NCBI GenBank assembly: GCA_963667035.1
Contig: OY762964.1
Location: 2,624,001 to 2,688,000 of the forward strand
From: Candidatus Cloacimonadales bacterium
GTDB lineage: Bacteria; Cloacimonadota; Cloacimonadia; Cloacimonadales; JAFGVF01
Direction of reading: 5' to 3'
DNA: 64,000 nt
How positions within the stretch are numbered: the first letter of the stretch is position 1; each line of letters starts with the position of its first letter. Below the pieces are notes generated by a model. That model worked only from the letters and a program-made list of their open reading frames with translations, was not told where the DNA came from and did not search any database. The position numbers were made by a program, and so were the translations under genes. This document shows positions 59,118 through 64,000 of the stretch, one piece after another.

Positions 59118-62100
59118 ATGAAAAAGATTCTTTCAATTGCCCTATTACTAGCAATTTTAGTTAGTTTAGCGGCATATGTTCCTTTTGAGAAGGGACGTTA
59201 TTATGACAACATAATCCATGCTTGCTTTAAGATGGAATCTGTAGGTAATATGGCTGGTGTTATTGAATATAACCTTTCCGGTAACAGTACGGTAGTAACT
59301 GGAATGGAAAGTTTCGATAAGATCGCAGAAACTTATAAGTTTATAGATATGAAACAGCTCTACACACCTAAAGATAAGAAATGGAATAAAGATGGTCATT
59401 ATTTACAATGCATCTATGAAATCAGAATTTCTGATAATGATTTAATCCAGGAAGCTGTAGAAGCATTAAATAAAAACGAACATATACATTATGCTCAGTA
59501 CGATGTGATTATGAGAGAACGTTATGTACCTAATGATCCGAGTTATTACCTCCAATATTATATTCCAATTACTCATACAGATGAAGCTTGGGAGTTTGGA
59601 CAGGGGTCTGAAGATATAGTAATTGGAATCTCAGATTCAGGTGTTTATTGGAATCATCCTGATTTGAGAGATAATATCTGGATTAATGAAGCTGAAATGA
59701 CTGAAAATGTTGTGATAGATTGGGATAATGGTGAGATTTATGGTGGTGACGGACTCGATAATGACCAGAATGGTAAAATTGACGATGTCATCGGTTGGAA
59801 CTTTGCAATGAATAATAACAACCCTCATCAAGACTTTCCCGGTAATGAACACGGAACACATGTTGCAGGTTGTGCCGCTGCTGTTGGTGATAATAATATC
59901 GGTGTTGCCGGTCCTGGTTTCAGAGTAAAAATTGCTTGTGCAAGTGGAAGGTCTAATATTGAAGCCAGTAACGGAGTTCTTCATGGTTATCCGATGTTGC
60001 AGTATTTTGCTGACCTTGGTTGCGATATAGGTAATGCAAGTTGGGGTGGACTGGCACCCGATTATTATTTCAATGAATATAGAGAAGTAATCCAATATTG
60101 TTCTGCACAAGGAATGCTAGTTGTTGCAGCTGCAGGTAATGATAATACTGAGCATAACGCTGATTATCAAGATGCACCAAGTGATATCCCTGAAGTACTC
60201 TGTGTTGCTGCATCAACTAACAATGATACAAAAGCCGGTTTCTCTGATTTTGGTGTACCGATTGATATTACAGCACCCGGAGCAGGTATTTATTCAACTT
60301 ATTATGGAGATGAATTATATAGTTCATTAAACGGTACATCAATGGCTTCTCCAATTGTTGCAGGTATTGCTGCTCTTGTTAAATCTGTTCATCCTAATCT
60401 TACTCCGGAACAATTAAGAGCAAGACTTGAAACTACTGCTGATGATATATACCCTATGAATGAATCTTTTGCAGATGTTGCTAGTGGAGAATTTCTTCTT
60501 GGTACAGGACGTGTAAATGCTCTTGCGGCTGCATATTATGATGTTTTACCTAATATTAATATAGAACAAGTTCAGATAGATGAAATTACGGGTGACGGTG
60601 ATGGTATACCAAATCCCGGAGAAACTATTGAAGTTACTGTTCAACTTAACAATCTTATGTATATGGGGACAATGACACCAACTTTCTATACCTGGGCAAC
60701 TGCATATAATGTGCAAGCTACATTATCAAGTCCTGTTGCAGGTGTTTCTATTTCAAATGAAACAAGTGATTACGGTATAATTTCAGGTGGTTCTTCAATC
60801 TCTAATTTTAATGACAAATATGTCGTTACTACTACTTCAGATTTAACTCCGGATAATATTCCTATGGAATTGACTATAACAGCTAATCTGGATTCAGAAT
60901 GGCCTTATACAATCACAAGAACATTTAATTTGGACCTTTCACTTCTTCATACCAACTACCCTGTAAACATAGGTGGTGGTACTGTTTCATCTCCAACAAT
61001 TCTTGATTTAAACAATGATGGAACTAATGAAGTTGTATTTACACGCCCCGATGGTTCACTTGATGCTTTGTATGCTGATGGTACACATTACATGCCCGGA
61101 ACTTTCCCACTTAGTTTAGGTGGTACAATAACCGGTTCCCCTGCTTTTGCTGACTTAGATGGCAATGAAACAATCGAAACCGTTGTTTGTATGCAAAGCG
61201 GACAAATCAGATGTATTGCTAGTGATGGTACAGATTTCTTTGCTCCTTATGATAACATAGGAGCTACTCGTTCTAATCCTATAATAGCTGATTTAGATGA
61301 TAATGGTACAAAAGAGATTATCGCAGTATCACAAGCTCGTGAATTAGTAATTCTAAATAGTGACGGAACAACCTATTCTGATACATATCCTCTTAATATC
61401 GGAGAATCAGCATTATCACCAAGTGCAATTGGCGATGTTAATAACGATGGAGTATTAGATATTGTGATAGCAACAACCTCATCTAATCTTCATGTTTATA
61501 ATCCATCAACTGGTACTGAGTTATCAGGATTCCCTGTAAACTACAACTCTTATTCATTAACAGGTCCAACACTTGCTCAGCTCGATAGTGACATGAACAT
61601 GGAAATTCTGGTTGCTTCAACAGCTACCGGTGAGTTTCATGCTTTTGATGACGATGGCTCAGTGATTTTTACAAGAACACTTGATTCACAAATAAAAACT
61701 TCACCTGTTGTAGGAAGAGTTAACGGTAATGTAGGTAATGCACAGATTGTTGTTATTACTACTAGTGGAACAGTTTATGTAATGGATGAAAATGGTAATG
61801 ATATTCCAAACTTCCCAATTTCAGTTAATGCTGAAGTTGAGTCATCTCCAATTCTTGCTGGATTGAATGAAGCCGGTGATGCAACTATTATCTTTGGAGA
61901 TAATGACGGATATATTCACGGTATTAAATGGAATGGTCAGGAAAATATAAACTTCCCAATGCATTTTGAAAGCTCAATCAAAGCAAGTCCTTCAATTGGT
62001 GATCTTGATAGTGATGGACATATGGATGTAGTATTTGGCGATCAATACTCAATTTATGACCTTGATCTTAAGTATGCTTTAGGTAATGATAATAGTGCTT

Positions 62101-62459
62101 ACTATCGTGGTGATATTGCCAGAACAGGTAGCAGAGGTTACTTAGTTGTTGATAATGATGAAGAAATTGTAAAACCTTTAGTTAATAATATTCTTCATAA
62201 CGCCTACCCTAATCCTTTTAATCCTGAAACTACACTTTCATTTGAGTTAAAAGAATCTGCTCAAGCTAAATTGGAGATTTTTAATATCAGAGGTCAAAAA
62301 ATCAACACTCTGATTAATGAAAGAATGAATAAAGGATCTCACTCTATAGTTTGGAAAGGTAATGATAGAAACGGTAACACAGTGCCTAGTGGTATTTACC
62401 TCTATAAACTTTCAGCCGGTAGTGAATCTCAAACTAAAAAAGCAGTTCTAATGAAATAA
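59118..62459 (+). CDS. Secreted S8 subtilase with FG-GAP-like repeats and FlgD-Ig/T9SS type A-like C-terminal domain
   Basis: Catalytic ISDSG, HGTHVAG, AAAGN, GTSMASP; repeated (A/G)DL(D/N).DG..E motifs; NAYPNPFNPET...FNIRGQ...SGIYLYKL...KKAVLMK. Confidence 0.93.
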   Translation: MKKILSIALLLAILVSLAAYVPFEKGRYYDNIIHACFKMESVGNMAGVIEYNLSGNSTVVTGMESFDKIAETYKFIDMKQLYTPKDKKWNKDGHYLQCIYEIRISDNDLIQEAVEALNKNEHIHYAQYDVIMRERYVPNDPSYYLQYYIPITHTDEAWEFGQGSEDIVIGISDSGVYWNHPDLRDNIWINEAEMTENVVIDWDNGEIYGGDGLDNDQNGKIDDVIGWNFAMNNNNPHQDFPGNEHGTHVAGCAAAVGDNNIGVAGPGFRVKIACASGRSNIEASNGVLHGYPMLQYFADLGCDIGNASWGGLAPDYYFNEYREVIQYCSAQGMLVVAAAGNDNTEHNADYQDAPSDIPEVLCVAASTNNDTKAGFSDFGVPIDITAPGAGIYSTYYGDELYSSLNGTSMASPIVAGIAALVKSVHPNLTPEQLRARLETTADDIYPMNESFADVASGEFLLGTGRVNALAAAYYDVLPNINIEQVQIDEITGDGDGIPNPGETIEVTVQLNNLMYMGTMTPTFYTWATAYNVQATLSSPVAGVSISNETSDYGIISGGSSISNFNDKYVVTTTSDLTPDNIPMELTITANLDSEWPYTITRTFNLDLSLLHTNYPVNIGGGTVSSPTILDLNNDGTNEVVFTRPDGSLDALYADGTHYMPGTFPLSLGGTITGSPAFADLDGNETIETVVCMQSGQIRCIASDGTDFFAPYDNIGATRSNPIIADLDDNGTKEIIAVSQARELVILNSDGTTYSDTYPLNIGESALSPSAIGDVNNDGVLDIVIATTSSNLHVYNPSTGTELSGFPVNYNSYSLTGPTLAQLDSDMNMEILVASTATGEFHAFDDDGSVIFTRTLDSQIKTSPVVGRVNGNVGNAQIVVITTSGTVYVMDENGNDIPNFPISVNAEVESSPILAGLNEAGDATIIFGDNDGYIHGIKWNGQENINFPMHFESSIKASPSIGDLDSDGHMDVVFGDQYSIYDLDLKYALGNDNSAYYRGDIARTGSRGYLVVDNDEEIVKPLVNNILHNAYPNPFNPETTLSFELKESAQAKLEIFNIRGQKINTLINERMNKGSHSIVWKGNDRNGNTVPSGIYLYKLSAGSESQTKKAVLMK

Positions 62460-62480
62460 TTAATAGTATTCTATAAAGAA

Positions 62481-62506
62481 AGGCTAAAGCTTAACTGCTT
62501 TAGCCT
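62481..62506 (+). terminator. Hairpin after S8 gene, abutting the IS left end
   Basis: AGGCTAAAGC-TTAACT-GCTTTAGCCT; the expected U tract is replaced by the IS end. Confidence 0.65.
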
Positions 62507-64000
62507 CAGACTGTTGACAAAGCTATGAGTAAGATTTCATAGCTTTGTCTTTTTTTAGCTTAAAATAAGAATATCAATCATTGACAAAAACCCCCTTAGA
62601 TTATACTTAAACCATCATAATTAGAGGTGGTTATGCTTAAAAAAGTTTCTGACACACAGTCCCAAATGGAGTTTGTAATAATAGATGATTTAGTACCGGT
62701 AGATCACATACTAAGGAAAATCGATAGCGTAATAGATTTTTCATTCATTTTAGATAGAACAGCGCATTTGTATTGTTCTACTACCGGTCGTCCTCCAATT
62801 CATCCTATTACTCTTTTCAAAATGCTTTTTATTGGCTATCTATTCGGTATTCGCTCGGAAAGACAATTGGTCAAAGAGATTGAGGTCAATGTGGCTTATC
62901 GTTGGTTCTTAGGCTTTGGACTAACTGATAAAGTACCTCATCACTCAGTCTTCAGTCAAAATCGTAGAAGGCGATTTAATGATAGCAGCGTATTCGAAGA
63001 GATTTTTATAGATATAGTGAAGTTAGGCATTAAACATGGATTAGTTGATGGGAAGATACTTTATAGCGACTCAACCCATCTAAAGGCAAATGCTAATAAA
63101 GGTAAATTCGAGGATATTGAAGTTGAGGTATCCTCCAAGAGTTACTTGGAAGATCTTAACACAAGCGTTGATGAAGATCGGAAGGCTCATGGTAAGAAAC
63201 CTTTACCTCCTAAGGATAACAATCTTAAAGGAGGAGCATCACCTAAAGTAAAAAATATCAAGTCTAGCACAACAGATCCCGATAGTGGTTTTATGACCCG
63301 TGATAGAAAGCCTCAAGGCTTCTTCTACTTAGATCATAGGACAGTCGACCATAAAACGAACTATATAACCGATGTTCACATTACTCCCGGCAATGTAAAT
63401 GATAGCACCTGCTATATTGACAGGTTACAGTTCCAACAAAAGGTTTATGGTTTTAATGTTCAGGCAGTAGGGCTTGATTCAGGATATGATACAATTAACA
63501 TTTGTAAGCAACTGGTAGATATGAATATTATGGGAGTCCTTGGCTACAAAAGACAGGGAGGTAAGAAAGGTCTATTTAAAAAGAACAAATTTACATATAA
63601 TTCCCGGAAGGATGTTTACATTTGTCCATGTAATAAAGAGTTAAATTATAGAACAACGAGCCGTGATGGCTATAAAGAATACAAGTCGAATCCTAGTGAA
63701 TGCAAGAATTGTCCAATGCTAAGTAAATGTACAGAAAGTAAGTCTTCTCAAAAAGTAATCACTCGTCATGTCTGGGAAGAGAGCAAAGAGATAATCCACA
63801 AGAATAGGTTAACATTATGTGGGAAAGAGATATACAAGAGGAGAAAAGAAACCATTGAGAGAAGCTTTGCCAATGCAAAGCAACTTCATGGCTACCGATA
63901 TGCAAAATATCGAGGAATAGAGCGAGTTCGAGAACAAGCTTATCTAACAGCTATCGTGCAAAATATCAAGAAACTCGTAAAATACCTTTTCAAAGGTAAA
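62507..64000 (+). mobile_element. IS1182-family insertion sequence (right end outside window)
   Basis: Left end CAGACTGTTGACAAA (exact boundary +/- few bp), internal terminator GACAAAGCTATGA-GTAAGATT-TCATAGCTTTGTC-TTTTTTT, followed by transposase. Confidence 0.85.
62633..64000 (+). CDS. IS1182-family transposase (partial, runs off window end)
   Basis: Not in ORF track (no stop). MLKKVSDTQSQMEFVIIDDLVPVDHILRKID..IDFSFI...GRPPIHP..LFKMLFIGYLFGIRSERQL...NVAYRWFLG...STTDPDSG...LDSGY...RKETIERSFANAK; GAGGTG RBS. Confidence 0.93.
   Translation, partial: MLKKVSDTQSQMEFVIIDDLVPVDHILRKIDSVIDFSFILDRTAHLYCSTTGRPPIHPITLFKMLFIGYLFGIRSERQLVKEIEVNVAYRWFLGFGLTDKVPHHSVFSQNRRRRFNDSSVFEEIFIDIVKLGIKHGLVDGKILYSDSTHLKANANKGKFEDIEVEVSSKSYLEDLNTSVDEDRKAHGKKPLPPKDNNLKGGASPKVKNIKSSTTDPDSGFMTRDRKPQGFFYLDHRTVDHKTNYITDVHITPGNVNDSTCYIDRLQFQQKVYGFNVQAVGLDSGYDTINICKQLVDMNIMGVLGYKRQGGKKGLFKKNKFTYNSRKDVYICPCNKELNYRTTSRDGYKEYKSNPSECKNCPMLSKCTESKSSQKVITRHVWEESKEIIHKNRLTLCGKEIYKRRKETIERSFANAKQLHGYRYAKYRGIERVREQAYLTAIVQNIKKLVKYLFKGK

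Noticed and set aside
2069..60330. Short antisense/overlapping ORFs in the track (e.g. 3242..3577, 7674..8048, 33058..33510, 59637..60110, and duplicated 12565..12771/17153..17359)
   Set aside because: They are shadows of well-supported genes on the other strand or frame; the duplicated ones simply reflect the paralog duplication.
59118..62459. Calling a type IX secretion system from the C-terminal domains
   Set aside because: Only the CTD-like domain is visible; no T9SS machinery genes are in the window.

Overview
AT-rich bacterial chromosomal window, most consistent with a Cloacimonadota/FCB-type anaerobe (inferred from FlgD-Ig/'YPNPFN' C-terminal domains and FN3-rich secreted proteins). 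Left to right: (1) a minus-strand type IV pilus operon (sigma54 promoter, pilin, pilT, PilV/W/X-like minor pilins, start of pilM); (2) small secreted-protein genes and a SAM methyltransferase; (3) a TPR protein and a VanZ-like/Mth938-like fusion; (4) three tandem ~1350-aa paralogous surface proteins that are mosaics of one another, each preceded by a ~200-230-nt leader with the same three-hairpin architecture, variable stems and conserved loop motifs; (5) an ECF sigma/zinc anti-sigma/two Spy-CpxP-like gene cluster and an IS3 remnant; (6) a ~24.5-kb Wzx/Wzy-type surface polysaccharide locus with gmd, a ColD-like His-substituted PLP enzyme, an aminotransferase, three ATP-grasp ligases, a CapA-like protein and a phosphatidylserine-decarboxylase homolog; (7) a candidate ~93-nt sigma54-driven sRNA; (8) a FadL-type outer-membrane protein, tsaE-APC/EIIA-phosphodiesterase operon, an S8 protease, and an IS1182-family element running off the end. 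The most novel-looking signals are the triplicated structured leader, two inverted 112-bp 5+5 arrays of 11-bp repeats, the sigma54 sRNA and the unusual sugar-modification gene set. All calls come from reading the sequence by eye; no searches or folding programs were run.
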